A stretch of DNA of 64,000 bases. It comes from Dicyema japonicum. Its lineage: Eukaryota > Animalia > Dicyemida. The notes under the pieces were generated by a model, which saw only the letters and a program-made list of their open reading frames with translations, had not been told where the DNA came from and did no database searches. The stretch lies in contig RDEW01000026.1 of the NCBI GenBank assembly GCA_011109175.1, forward strand, positions 186,001 to 250,000, written 5' to 3'. Below are positions 30,659-43,899 of this stretch, one piece after another (the stretch's first letter is position 1; every line of letters starts with the position of its first letter). Made by a program: the position numbers and the translations under genes.

Positions 30659-32247
30659 AAAAATTTTCGCCAACCTAGATGATAAAATTGAATTTTCGCA
30701 TTTCCCACATTTTATCGGACACAATCGATAACCTCATAATTTACGACAAAAATATTGACTTTAATTGCTCTATCATATATGATCAATAAATATATATCTA
30801 AACTACAGGATATTTATTGTACCACACATTTAATTGACTGTGAAATAATCCTACATTCACCATTTTTATGCCTTAAAACCATTCTCGGACAAATGTTGGA
30901 AACCACAATTGCTTTTTCCCTTACGAACATTTAGCTAACATTTGTCTGTCAGTCCTTTTCTTTAATAATTTATATCTTTTTTACAAACCGATTTTTTCAA
31001 TGAGACATATCTGGTTCACGAACATAGATTCCATATCCTTGATTTAATGTTTATGTTTTTTTAATGAGCTAATGTTTATGTGGCTCTTTGTAAATTGGGC
31101 GTTACTTGTCAGTTTCAACGCCTGTTTTGGGTAAATATCAGTAATAAAGTTTTCAGATCTTTGGAAAGCTGGACGTGTTCTAATTGTGAACTGGGATTTA
31201 TAATTTGGTTTCCTCCCACTGGAATAATATCTATCTTATTACCCAAATAGTTTGCAGTTTTGAATAATCGACAGGGTGATACTAATACATGCCTCTGTCC
31301 TGTATTGCAAATAGTTATTCTTGATGGCTTTAAAAAAGATTAGATTATGTTTTTCTATTTTCCAGTACGAGCACTGGATCTGTAAACAAATTCTCTTGCA
31401 AAAACGTCTTTATCAAGTCGAATGAAAGCACACTTGACTACCTTTATTGAATCATTAAGCACAAACGCTTGATTAGCTTTATTGAATCACTAAGAGGCCA
31501 CAAAGTAAATCGATTGAAGGAGATCTAATTTACGTCAGATGACTTCTGTGAAAACGCCTGTCCCGAACCTAGGAGAGAATATTCCTTCTGCCGATCTTCA
31601 TGATGCCTTTTATCATCTCGAAGGGGTAGTAGTTGAGTTGATAGACTTAAGACGTACATCTCACGGACCTTTTATCTGAACCTCCTACATTCTGGAGAAT
31701 TATGAATCTTGTGAATGGGATACTTTTGGGAATATTTCTGATTTTGGACGTAAAATTCTATTTTCTGCAAACTGCTCAAGGAAAGATAATAGAATTCGTT
31801 TTATTGCAGTCATCAACGTTTTTCCGGAATGATTGCTTGTCATTCAATAATTAGAAATGTGCCAATTATCGCTGGCCGTGTGAAGTGAAAATCCGTACTG
31901 TAAGGCAGTCGTTCCCAAAGTCCTCGCGGAACCCTTTTGGGCTAATTTTTTGCGGAACCCTTCCAATTCAATTATTACAATTTCATTTAAACATAATCGT
32001 AATAACCAAAAATAAATTTAATGTGAACATTAACTTTTATCATAGTTGTGTAACATTAGGAACTGTATCCTCATATCGTCAGAAGCATTGAGTTTATATT
32101 TTTATTGAAAATCCGGTAAGTCGTTGGAAAAGGTAATAGTGTATTGCCTTTTCTTAAATATCAGGATATTTTGAAATGTATGCTCTCCAAAAATTAAAAA
32201 GGGATATATCTGATTTATTATTAGCACTTTCACGAGAGCCATAATAT

Positions 32248-32745
32248 TTATAGCCCCGCATGTGCAGCAAAAATTATAAGAGAATTAGTTAGGTTGCTCC
32301 AAGCTCTTCTGTTCTTTGCTAGGTCCCTCAGTGAGTCCAGATCGTCACCAGATGCCAATGTTTTCTTCACGGCTTTCAGATCGTTTTGTAGAACGACAGG
32401 GAGGGTAGTTCTCGGTCTTCCACGAAAGCGTTTTACATTGGAGGAGTCTTCCATTGCGATGTTCGGAGGGGATATCGGGTCCAACCTCAGGACATGTCCA
32501 AAAAGTCTCCAACGAGAGCTAATGATCTCGTGGCTTAATGGTATACAGTCACACTTATTGTAGAGTCCATTCCGTGAGATCTTGGATGGCCAGGACATTC
32601 CAGTTATGTTTCTTAGATGATTCCTGTGAGATGAGTCTAGCCTCTCCAATTCCTCTTTAGAGGTGGCCCAGAGTTGTATAGTAGAATTGGTTTGATGAAA
32701 GTATCGTATAACATAATCCTTGATTTTTCAGCCTATTTGATGTTG
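32248..32745 (-). mobile_element. RTE-clade 3' fragment nested in the hAT shell
   Basis: ERLDSSHRNHLRNITGMSWPSKIS..RWRLFGHVLRL..RGRPRTTL..DLAKNRRAW, a typical RTE C-terminus. Confidence 0.85.
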
Positions 32746-32834
32746 ATTCTGATATTCAATTGATGTTAGATTTGCTGGTATTACTTTAATTTGAAAATAA
32801 AATGTTTAATAATAAAAATAATTAATAATTAACA

Positions 32835-33300
32835 AAACCATCTATCCAAAGTGGTCCCCCGACATTATCGACGTTGCGTTGCCTCTCACGATTGCAACAG
32901 AGATCAACTGGAGAAACCACCGGGACTCACGTGCTTTTTAGTGTAGCTAGGCGTTTAAGTTTCTTTAGGAAGCGAAGTGATTTTCCACTTATTCCTCCAG
33001 TTGTCTCAACCACAATCTGATAGAACGCGAATCGGTCGCGTAGCGCTTCGTATTTCTTCTCCATTGCCCTCATCGTTTTTTTCCGCGACATGGAGTGTGT
33101 CTACCGCGCTCCAGATAATGTTGGATGGGCAAAGGGGTCGACACAAGTACCATCCCAGACCAAAGGTTTCCCTCTTCGAATGGGAAAATTGTGATTCCGT
33201 CAGGACTTTTTTCCATCTCCTCTGTCCAGGCAAACAGGTTCAAGTATGGCGGGGTATCCCGAAGACTCCAGGGCTCGCTTGACAATTCAGTTGATCGCCT
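32835..33300 (-). mobile_element. CRE-clade family B fragment nested in the hAT shell
   Basis: PDGITIFPFEEGKPLVWDGTCVDPFA (frameshifted)..KYEALRDRFAFYQIVVETTGGIS..ISVAIVRGNATS; PD..D/E restriction-like endonuclease motifs. Confidence 0.8.
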
Positions 33301-33419
33301 TATGTCTTGGAAATCTCTTATGCAATTATTGTTTCTCATTAAAAATCTTATAAAATTGACTAACCCAAAACAGAATCAATGTATAAGCGTGGATGTTTAA
33401 TATATTTTAATTTTTTGAG

Positions 33420-34873
33420 AAACAGAACTCGAAAAAGTAAAACGAGTAAATTATCTAGTTAACCGGATTTAATCCAGATTGCTGGTAATCCCTCTACTTC
33501 TCTAAAAGAAGATTGTGCCATCAATTCCCAGTTATTCCCCATCTCCAAATCATAGTCAATCGAAATATCCCTGTTAAAGTCCAGTGGGATGGCAGTTTCA
33601 CAAGTTGAGAGGTAGAAGAGGGTTCTCTTCATAAGAAACCTTCATCCCGTGTTTCTGTAATTAAAAACTATTATTAAATAATTTATAATAAATTTCGCTA
33701 ATAACCTCATGAAAGACTATGTGTCGATCAGCCGCAAGGAATTTTCTCGATCTCTGCATGTCAAACGAGGTGGTCCACAACAGTCGACATATACGACGTT
33801 CTTCACTCCCTACGACGTTCTCATTGAACACTCCAATCCTCAAGCTTGGAAAATCAAAAGACATTCCATCCTCTTACTGTCTCCATAACTTGCGCCTTGT
33901 CAAAAGTGTTGGAGAAGCTTGTACTAATGTTAATCACCCCTGTTCTACAATTTCCTGATTTTCAACATGGCTTCAGATCAGGTCGTTCTGCAAAGACGCA
34001 TTTGGGATCTGTCTCCAAGTTCATCACAGACGGCTTCAACATGAAGAGACTCAATTACGGACGGCTCTGGTGTCTATAGATATACAGAAAGCCTTCGAAT
34101 CGGTTTCGAAAACTCTTCCAACAAAGAAGATCTCCCTCCAGGGCTGTGGCGATGGTTCAGTCACACCTCAACCAGGTGTGTGATTGGCTATCCATAAATT
34201 TGCTGTCTGTGTCTGCATCCAAGTCTCAGTTCACCCTATTTACTACGGACAGAAGATTTAAAGGTGGACTTGAGATATTCCTCGGAAACATTCCCATCCC
34301 TTATACACGAATCCATAAGATCATTATTGTAACCTTCGACTCTCTGATGACGTTCGCCAATCATACGGAGGAGGTATTAACCAAGTGTCTTCGAAAATGG
34401 AACGTCAGAAAAGCCATCGTAAAGAAGAGTCCCTTCCCTCCTACTGCTTGTATAAGCAAAGTATATCTCCAAGTTATTGCGCCGACGATTGAATATGCTT
34501 GTTCTGCCTGGAGATTCGCTATTCCTTCTACGAGGGTGGAGCGTATAAACTCTCTCAGACGGGAGATCATGAAGCATATACAATCAGACTCCACATCCGT
34601 CTGCTTTCAGAGGAGGCGACGGTGAGAAATGGCCTAGGCTTTCTACGTATGTGCAATGAGCTAGAAAACCCATTCAGAGAGAGGGTGGTTCATGCGGAAG
34701 AATTCAGATCGGCATTAAAAAGTGCACTCCGATAGAATTCCTCTGCAGAAATAAAAGAAGACACTTCAGAAACGCTGTTGGTTCACTGGCGGAGCATTCG
34801 AAAAAAATTCGAGAGATGTTGGAGGCTGGAATTTTTTCTTTCTTGGTGGTCGTGGGGTTTAAAATAAAATAAA
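33420..34873 (+). mobile_element. Internally deleted Jockey/I-like LINE with 3' tail, nested in the hAT shell
   Basis: SKVLEKLV..FQHGFRSGRS..DIQKAFESV joins directly to post-YADD sequence (HLNQVCDWLSINLLSVSASKSQ..TIEYACSAW). It ends MLEAGI + CTTGGTGGTCGTGGGGTTTAAAATAAAATAAA. Confidence 0.85.
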
Positions 34874-35337
34874 CTAATAATTTAGCGGAACCCTAAAACT
34901 GCCTCCGCTGAACCCTGGGGTTCCCTGGTTGGGAACCAGTGCTGTAAGGGCCTTCGTAAGGCTATCATCTAAAGCTGAGGAGAACGTCTTTTTTTAATTT
35001 GATCAACAAAACGCCTCTAACTCTATGAGAAGAGATATAAGAACACCGAAAATTTATCCTTTTGTTCATCATTCATATTCTACTCATCCCCCTCGTTTTT
35101 GGAAATGAAATTATTACTCAAAACGAGAGTACAACAGGGCGAACATTTGTTCCCCTTTTTTTCTTTAACGATCGATCACATTGTGTAAGATATTTTTACT
35201 GATTAATTTATGACATTTGAACAATTGCATCCTCGGAGGAAGCCTTAAGATTGTTTTCTCAAAAGTCACATAATTGACAGCTGGTTAGAATCTCGATGCT
35301 GTACATTATGGCTGAAGGTTCAACTCTGTGGTTTGTA

Positions 35338-35402
35338 CAAGGACTCGCACACAAAAAAGAAGTGAAGAATATTGTTTGGTTTCCTTTCTTAGTTATCATA
35401 AC
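35338..35402 (+). repeat. Diverged 3' fragment of the SINE-like element
   Basis: GGACTCGCACACAAAAAAGAAGTGAAGAATATTGTTTGGTTTCC..TTAGTTATCATAAC aligns with the 3' end of 63185-63417. Confidence 0.55.
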
Positions 35403-36086
35403 TGATCTTTAATTGTCTCCTGTCTAGAGTTATATTGTGGTTCTGCTGTGTATGCCACAAAATTGAAGTTAACACAAAAGTAAAATAATTTTAGGCAACC
35501 AATAATATATAAACTCATGGATCGTCTTAGTCATGGTGGACCTTTGAGATGGCGGAGGAATCTTCTTTAGCATTTTTCGACAGTCAATTACTGTAGAAAC
35601 AATGTCTTATAAATTTCTTGTTTTGGTTGCAAGGATAGGATTTATTAGTTAAGTAACCCCAGCCTCACTAACTTGTAAGTGGCCAGCAGCTATTAAGTAG
35701 GACGCAGAGGATTTATTAAATCACTGAAGATGCTTGGTTTCAGGTAATCTTCCAATGTCAGTGCTCTAAAGGTGTATGCAGGTTGCAATTATCGAGAGCC
35801 ACATTTTGAGTTTTTTTAGATTTGAATGGGAAACACTGCTGGATTAGCTAAAACTAGCGTAGTTCAGAGGAGTTCAAAAAACCGTTTGAATATAAAATAA
35901 AACTGTTTTTTGTTGTGTCTAACTTTGACATCAGAAACAGCACGGAGAGCGTTGAGTATACTTATAGCCTTCATTATGACTAGGGCGATTTTTTTAACCT
36001 AAAAAATAAAAAAATTAACATAAAAAATTAACTTTATTAACCTAAAAGCTAAAAAAATTAACCCAAAAATTTAACTTTATAACTAA

Positions 36087-36750
36087 GCCATCCCAAATGA
36101 AGCTCTGGGCACCATTCTAGATAATGAATGCGTTAGAAGTGGTATCTATCTGCGGCTAGGACTGAAAGTATGTGTACCTCACCCGTGCCGATGTGGCGTT
36201 CTGATAGACTGCTATGGCCTGCACCCTCTCGTCTGCAAGAGGAGTGCTGGCAGATCTCCAAGGCACAAGGCTCTGAATGAGATTGTCAAGCGGGCTGTGG
36301 ATGCTGCTGGATACTCGGCCATTCTTGACCCGGTCGGGTTATGCAGAAGTGACGGGAAACGACCGGACGGGATGACCATATTTCTCTTCGAGTCCGGGAA
36401 ACCATTGGTTTGGGACGTGACATGTACAGACACGTTTGCCCCGAACAATCTTCACGAGTGCGCTTCAAGGGCCTGCTCTGCAGCCGTCAAGGCGGAGAAG
36501 GCTAAACTCTAAAAATACGGCGGCCTTCCCGATAATGTCCAATTTGTTCCGCTTGCTATGGTGACTTCCGGATCCTACTCCCACTCTACACTAGAGTTTT
36601 TCGGACGTCTTGGAAACCGGATCACTTCATGCACTGGAGATCTCCGCGAACGCCGCTGGCTGTTTGAGCGAATTTCGCTCGCAATTCTGAGAAGGAACAG
36701 CCACGCAGTGAGGCTGCAGCTAACTGATGTTTCGTTCTTTTTTTGCTCAT
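36087..36750 (+). mobile_element. CRE-clade family A, 5'-truncated 3' fragment (zinc knuckle + RLE)
   Basis: LRLGLKVCVPHPCRCGVLIDCYGLHPLVCKRSAGRSPRHKALNEIV..RSDGKRPDGMTIF..GKPLVWDVTCTDT..RRWLFERISLAILR. Closely similar to 45385-46050 (inverted). Confidence 0.9.
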
Positions 36751-36989
36751 ATATAAATATAGTTAAAAATCATTTTAATGATTATTTACTATTATTAAAT
36801 TTTAATTTTTTAACTTAGTTCGCCCAAATTATGACATAGTAAACGTGGGACGAGAAAGAAAGGGATTGGGCATAATTCATCTCAAGTATTTTTTTACAGT
36901 TTTTTGTTAAAAGGAAAACTTTTCTGAATATCATCACTTCTGGTTGAAGGTTAAAATGCTGGCAGTAAAAACCGTAATGGTATATTTTG

Positions 36990-37745
36990 ACGGCGGAGTA
37001 AGTTGATTGTAGCTATTTTGTTAAAATATCGAGATTTGCTTGTAACCTTCACGACTTTATTTAAGTAAATAACAGTTATGATAGCTAATCGACGAGGGAG
37101 AACCAAGGTGTCTTCTTCACCTCTTTTTCGTTGGACATGAGTCTTTTTATAGACGATCCGGTTCCGCAATGAGACGTAACTTGTGAAGCAAAGCATCGTA
37201 GATGCATGGAACCTTCAGTTTGAATGTATAGCAACGAGATTCTAACTAGGCCTCTTGTTACATTGTGCCACCGGCTTGGAATCCGATGAAATAATCTTAA
37301 AGTTCTATCAAAAGCTTTGGTCATGTCGATAGTGGCGAAAACAGTTCGAAGAAGTGATTTATGGTTATTGAATCAATCGGCGATAAAGTCAGTTTAATTA
37401 GGTGGACGATAGTGGAATTATGTGGGTTGAATAAATATTTTGATTTTGATAGGTTGGTAAATCGTTAGATATGGTTAAGTAAGAGTCTTACAAAATATTA
37501 GAAGTGGCAAAAAAAGAGAAACAGGGGAAAGATCCTGGATCACATCCTTGTTTGGTTTCAGAATAGGAATGATTGTTGACTGTTTCCACAAGAAAAGATA
37601 AATCGGGAGTGTAGGGAAGCAGTTAAAATTGCATGTCTCAAACATAAATAGTGACTTGAAGGAGCGGCTTACCGCCCCCTTATTAGCAGCCAATACGATT
37701 TTCTGAGAAAAAAATCCTGTGGGGAAGGATAGGAGATTCAATTTT
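36990..37745 (-). mobile_element. Degenerate Jockey/I-like RT fragment
   Basis: WKQSTIIPILKPNKD..TVFATIDMTKAFDR, with many stops. Confidence 0.75.
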
Positions 37746-38623
37746 CACTACGAGGATGTGATTCATGGAAAATTTTAAATTAGTTATTTTTAAGTAAGCT
37801 AGTTATTAACCATAACCTCGCTACTTTGGAGGCCAAATGTCCTCAGCTGTACATCATCTAGTTCTAGACGCTTCCACAGGACTCTGATGTTTACCTGATG
37901 TTCAGGGCAGGAGAAAGTTTTTTGAATAATCAATAATAACTGGTCCGGTTGAGAAAGTCGAGAGCCTGATTCGTCTCTTAGGAGGAATGCCCAGAATGTA
38001 ATTATACTAGGGACCTCCTTGTTTCTCTGTCGAGGGTAGTCTCCGAGTCATCCATCAGTGGGGGAAAGGCCTCCAGTAGATCGTTCCGAACCAGGTAGAG
38101 ATGTGGTCATAAATTGTATATTTTTTATGTATTTATTTATTAACCTAAGACTTGCAATCTTTGGCAAGCCCAGCACAAACAGTAACAACTAATTAATCAG
38201 GGAAGAAAATTTGCTTGCAATCTTCACCAGATGAGTTGGTCAAAGAGAAGGTAAAGAAGATTTCTTTCAACTTATGTGTCGTGGCAGAAAAACTCGTCGC
38301 CTCAATGGTCGAATCTGTTTGATGAGGATTGACCTTCGCTGAAAACTCAATCTTTTGGATTCGAACCCACAGCCTTCAAATAAGATGCAATCAAAAGTTC
38401 AGCCAGAAAGTCTAAGTATCAATAAAAAATATTAATATTTAAAATTTAAAATACATTGTATTAAAAATAAATATTAAAATTCAAAATTATGTTTTACTGG
38501 TTATGATGTTTTGCTTTGCATAAAATATTAATGAATTATTTTGCTATTGCATAAGTTATTAATTAATTATTATTATAAATGAAATACAAATTAATTAATA
38601 TATGTAATTATTTCAGATTATTA

Positions 38624-41600
38624 ATGGCAAATTTTTCAGTTCTGGAAACAAATAAACGAAAAAACGACAAGGATCTCCAGGATAGCCAGTCAAAGCGCAA
38701 AAGGCACATCCTCAACGTTCTCGATTCTGAATTAAGTCAAAAATTTAAAATATACAACCATAACGTGTCTGAGTTGTTTTTAAAACAACAAATGAGAGAT
38801 ACTAGTCCAATTTCTCATTTCGACTTCTTTTCACATTGGAAGCTTGACGATGACTTCTCATTCACAGAGAAGGCCCTCTTGGTTCTTCCAAATTGTAATG
38901 TCATAGGAGAAGGGAATCATGCTGACTCATCCAAATTTAATGAAACGTATTCACCGCATTAACTTTTAGAAACGGAAACAATCCCTTCTCAGTTCCAGAG
39001 TCCTCACCATGAAGAATCCGATGACCCTAGAAATAACAGAACGTTGAATAATGAGAGTCTGTCGATCCTAGAACGAGCCAAGAAGGTATATTTAAGGTGG
39101 TATTTCTAGGATGCGGCTATTCTGAAAAAGGTGGCCCACTTGAGGAAGACAGGACTCTGGTCTATCAAACAACTCCCTAAAATACGGGAATCCGACAGAA
39201 GCAAGTCCCATTGGGACTACCACCTTGAAGAAATGAGGTGGATGGCTAAGGATTTTAAAATTGGTGGGAGATGGAAAATAGCTTCTGCCAGTTTGGTTTG
39301 TCTCAATGTTCATTAATCTAGGTATCCAATCTGTGCAAAAAGTGTTACTTAAAGACACAATTAGATGAGGAAATGACGTATTCAAAGCTTCTCCAAGTAA
39401 AGGATACAAACCAAAATGAGTATATTGAGAATTTGGACACAGTTAACTCCGTATATATGGTTATTAACGGTAGAATGGGGAATCTGATAATATGTCAACT
39501 AATTATGCGATGGATAACAACAACTACTCTCACAAATTGGAAATATCTGATAATAGAGAGCACGTGGTTGTCTGCCAACTGTCACCAACACAGACACGAC
39601 TGTATAACAGCCAAATTGACAAAATAAGGTCATTTTATTGCTATTATTATAGAAATATGACCTCATCTAGTGATTTCAGTGGATTTAACAGCATCTTGTT
39701 AGCTTTAATACAAATTTGTGATCATCCTGACTTGGTAGAACAACATACTGTTAGATTTCCGTTCAGGTCCCCTCAAATAATCCACCAAACCCCCGAATGA
39801 TCCCAAATATGTTGAATTCCGTCTCAAAAGAAGTAATATTAGTTTTATTATAGAAACCTGATATTATTGGGATATTTGGGGATAACCTCTTAGAGATGTG
39901 TAGGTACTCCGTCTATGATTTCGATTCAATCAGAAACATTAGATTTGACTTGCATTTTATGTTCACAACTGTAACAGCACCTCCCGTTTTGAAGCACGTG
40001 GGTGGAGTTGACTTGAATTTGTTGTTAAATTCCGCCTGTTTGGTAGTTTTGTTTCTCATAGTTAAGAAAACGTGTTCTCTGGTCCGTCACGGAAAGAATA
40101 CCAATAGGGGTCATCTCCGTAGAAAGAAAAAGACCCTAAAATTAGTTCCGATCGAGCGATTTCGAGGATTTTCTCGTAATTTCAAGAATATATACGTCTC
40201 ACGTAATAGGGGACTGTGGAAAGTTAGTTAAACTATAATCTCAGTTATCCGTGGTTGAGGACTTGAGTGGCAATTGGGATGAAGATAAGACAAAGAGATT
40301 ATCTGCCTCTAATGATCGCAATCATAACTTACGGATTACTCAGCCAATGTACGGCAGAGATCTCCTCTCACTAGTAAATGTGTACACGTCCTCTAAAAAT
40401 GGTTCTTTATCTGTCACCTGTCTCTCGAATGTGGAGGATCTTAACAGTTGTGAGGTTTATTTGTCTACCACAACCACTCTGTGGAATATCATAAAGTCTC
40501 CATTGTCTTATAAAAATGTCTCAGTTTATAATCAGTATTCAAAAGTGGTCATTTTAGGCTATTTTTTGTTGTGAACAGGTTATCTGCGCTCCCACTATCT
40601 TAGAGACATCGGGTCACTGCAGAGTATCCACTCAACTGGTTGGGGATGTATATAAAAGCTTTAACTGTGAGGATATATCAACTAAATTGGTTCCAATCAC
40701 TGACAGGAAGAGAGTCAAGTTGGTTTGTGGTGAGCTGTCTGTTCTAAAGGTTAGGAAAACTACAAATACTTGATGATATTTTAAAACAATTACAAAAAAT
40801 TAGCAAAAAGCCAGTAATTATTACAAAAATGCACAAAATGTTGGATTTGCTTGAAGAATTTTTGACCTCATATTCCTATCGATACATAAGAATTGACAAT
40901 ACAACCTACTACAAACAAGAACTGCTAAACATGTTTTGTTGTGATTCCAACTATTTTGTGCTTATAATGATTGCCAAACCTGGCTATCTAGACATGTCTA
41001 GTCTCAACACTGTCATTTTCTATGATCAAGAATGGAGTGACACCTTTGTTGATGGGATCACTGATTTGCCTGAATCACTGAGGAATGCTAATATTTATAG
41101 GTATTTAGTTTATTAATTAAGACTGTTTAATAAGAACACTGTCGAGGAATGTTTAATTAAGGCAGCACATGAAGGACGATTTCAGAGAAACAGAAGTGAG
41201 GGAACTCATATATCCATTAATGATCACATTTGTAGAATGCTGCAGATTCCAAGAGTTATGGATGTGAACATTGGGGACACGGATGATAACATGGTAGTTT
41301 AAATTATTATATTTAGAAATTTATTGAAGAATGTAGCCCATCTGTTCAGATGGAAATTCAAGATGAGTCTTCATTTGATTTTGAAAATGATTTCTTTGAT
41401 GAACAATTTCAAAAATCAGATCAGAATGATCAAGAGATCTACAGATATGACCAAATTGACTCATTTGGTAAAGATTTGTTTGTGAACCCACTAATGGACT
41501 ATGACCCTCAACCTCAAGAATGGGAGAATTATTTTTTTAATCACAAAGATCAGGTTGTTTGTTAATTATGACTTTTAGGAACTTGATTTGAATGAATCGG

Positions 41601-43821
41601 TGGAATTTGTTCTTATTTTTAGGGATTTTACGAATCCGATGATTATATTTACGGGGAGGATATCCCAGAAGTATACTTACCGCCAATAGTCCCGGATTCC
41701 ATTGTTCCTGTTGAAGTAGAACATACTGAACAGATCTATAGAAGTGATTGTAGTTAATCAACTTAATTTAGCTGGTGTTTTTACCCGTCGACCAAAGCGA
41801 TGTGAGAAACATGAACGGAAATTGTCTACTTTTTTCAATCAAGATGGAATTTTGCCTGGGAAAATAGAACCAAAGCGACGTGGGGACAGAAAACTCCTTC
41901 AGACTGTGGATGCCAAACAAGAATGGCTGATTGACGAAGAATGGTCCATTTTACAGGTATTTTGATTTGTTGTATTCCCAGACATCGCGTCGACTCCTCA
42001 TGAGACCAAACCTTCTAAGTTCTTCAATTGCCTCCAATTGGAATTTGAGTTCACATGCGGTTGCAATAAGGACGGGGTGTGTGGTGTCCTCGAGACTCAT
42101 TTCGAGTCGGTTCTACTCCACGATTGGTCCTAGGGAAGAAGGGAAGTACCTGACAGAACTCAACACTCGTAAGGCAGTCAGAGGGAGATTCATAGTTTGA
42201 CTTTGTCCTCATTTAGTTTCCGAAAACCAATAAGCAGATAAGGACAGATGAACTTTATGTCAGAGACGACGGATTTGCCATTCAGGACTCAATGGAGAAG
42301 GTTATTTCACTATTCTCTGTGGATTCTTTTGAATACAAACGTTTTAATCTCAACGTGTGTCCACCACCCAAGAACTATTTCATGCCAAAAAGGTCGCTTT
42401 CTGTGGAAAAGGTTGAAGCGCACAAAGTAAAACTCCAATCTATTTATGGGAGGCAAATAAAATTGATATACTTCAATTATATTTGTCATAAACGTCCCAA
42501 AAAAGAGGAGAGTACACCCGAAATACTTCCATTTAAGGTTAATTTACTATTTATGAAAGTTCCAGAGTCTCTGTTTTTCCATTAAAGATGGAATCCTGTT
42601 TTTCAAACGAATTACCAAACGATATAGCTCCATTCCCACAAACTTTGTAAAAGATCAAAGTTGTCGGATAAGATCAAAGCCATACCTTTTGTATTCTACT
42701 GCAGTGGGTTGTCTTTTTTATTATATTAGTAGTGGCTCGCTGTAGGTCTAATGCTATTCGTATGCTGTACTCCATGCAGTACTGTTACTTCCTTTGTCTT
42801 GTGGGTTGCGTACTCCCAAAGCAGCAGAAAGGGACTGCTCATTTGGGTGGAAAGAACTATCGGTTTCAATCACGGGTACTTTGTTTATTTACTGAAGTAT
42901 GAGCAGGAGATGATACTGAAACAGCAGTATAGAAGGCAGGTGGAACAACCAGAACAGAAGGTGTGCCTTTTTATAATAAAATAGAATCCCCGTCCAGTAA
43001 TGAACCCCACTGCCTATGTAGATGTACTCCTGCTGAATAATTTTTAGGAATCAAAGTACCGTCAGTATTACACCAAAACATCCCAGGTTCCAGTTCAGTA
43101 TGTACAAAACAGTCCCAATATGCGTCCAGTTGTTGTTTGATTATTTACTATAGAGTCCTCTCTATTCTGGTGGATATTCTATCCCCAACTATGTGCCACA
43201 GTCTCCTGTTCCTCATCGATCCCCCTTAGGATATATTCCTCGTAACTCATACGCCCATAAAATACCCCGACAGATGTCAAATATGTACAGTCAAATGTAT
43301 GACTCGACTGGGTGTATGACTGGCTCCCCTGTTCGGAGAAATTGTGATTGCTGTGGTAATTTTAGTATCCTCAGCTTATTTGGAAGAGCAAAGTCGACGA
43401 AATAACCAAATGACGGGTTCTATCCCACAGAGAACACAAATGCCTCGTATTTTTTAGTTAAACTGTGGTAGAGCAAATAAGATCGAGTAATATCAACTTG
43501 GTTGGTAGATCGGGGATCCCTGTCCCTACTCTACAAAGGAGGCCGAATTCCGTCATAAACAGACCTACATATGTTGGAATGAGCATGTCTAGTACTCCCA
43601 CACCTACAATTGTGTCTTCAAGTCAGAGACCGATAAGATTGCAAGTAAGTAATAATAATGGGAATCTCCGTCTTCCAACCTCTGAACCATCTAATCGTAA
43701 TCAATTGACTATTTCAGTGACTAATATTGGTGTTACTCTCCCTTCTTCAATTTCTTGGCCTTCCTCTTCTCATCTGGGTATCAATAATCCCAATCACCCT
43801 TATTACAACCAATACAGATGA
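38624..43821 (+). CDS. Highly divergent Domino/p400/SRCAP-family protein (HSA, partial Snf2 region, SANT-like domain, low-complexity tail); start codon uncertain
   Basis: HSA region: ILERAKK|DAAILKKVAHLRKTGLWSIKQLPK..HWDYHLEEMRWMAKDF..RWK. Snf2-derived: REHVVVCQLSPTQTRLY, IQICDHPDL, MYGRDLL, KMLDLLEEFL..YIRID..TVIFYDQEW..IYRL..TVEE. SANT-like: EWLIDEEWSILQ..NWNL..IGPREEGK. Followed by a Q/P/S/N-rich tail to the stop at 43821. Confidence 0.85.
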
Positions 43822-43899
43822 TTTTGTAAAATATTCAATTTGTTTATTTAATGGCTTTTTATTAAGAGGAATATAAGCTTAATAAAATAAATTTTTTAT

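Larger units (their letters stand above)
31906..34941 (-). mobile_element. hAT (Buster/Charlie-like) DNA transposon shell with TIRs and 8-bp TSD, interior replaced by retroelement fragments
   Basis: Left TIR CAGTCGTTCCCAA (31906) and right TIR read inward CACTGGTTCCCAA (34941) match at 11/13 positions. Identical flanking 8-mer CTGTAAGG at 31898-31905 and 34942-34949. Subterminal GCGGAACCC at 31926, 31952 and 34885. Minus strand 32000-32200 encodes a decayed hAT dimerisation domain (FW....KYPDI.EKA....FPTTY..GFS..LNASDDMR). Confidence 0.85.

Noticed and set aside
31012-31032. TTCACGAA as a heat-shock element upstream of the sHSP
   Set aside because: Only two nGAAn units, with no third in register; expected by chance.
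31442-31494. 18-bp direct repeat CTTTATTGAATCA(T/C)TAAG with 35-bp period
   Set aside because: Only two units; a local duplication, not a CRISPR-like array.
31000-31880. Possible Helitron helicase remnant on the minus strand (ENFITDIYP..)
   Set aside because: Only a few residues resemble the family, and no helicase motifs or termini were found.
35994-36079. Two 43-bp tandem units with TTAACC-like words directly before a CRE fragment (possible telomere-like target)
   Set aside because: The units are A-run rich rather than telomeric hexamers, and the other CRE copies lack such flanks.
38357-38368. Perfect B-box (GGGTTCGAATCC on the minus strand) suggesting a tRNA
   Set aside because: No acceptor or anticodon stems, and only a weak, mis-spaced A-box.
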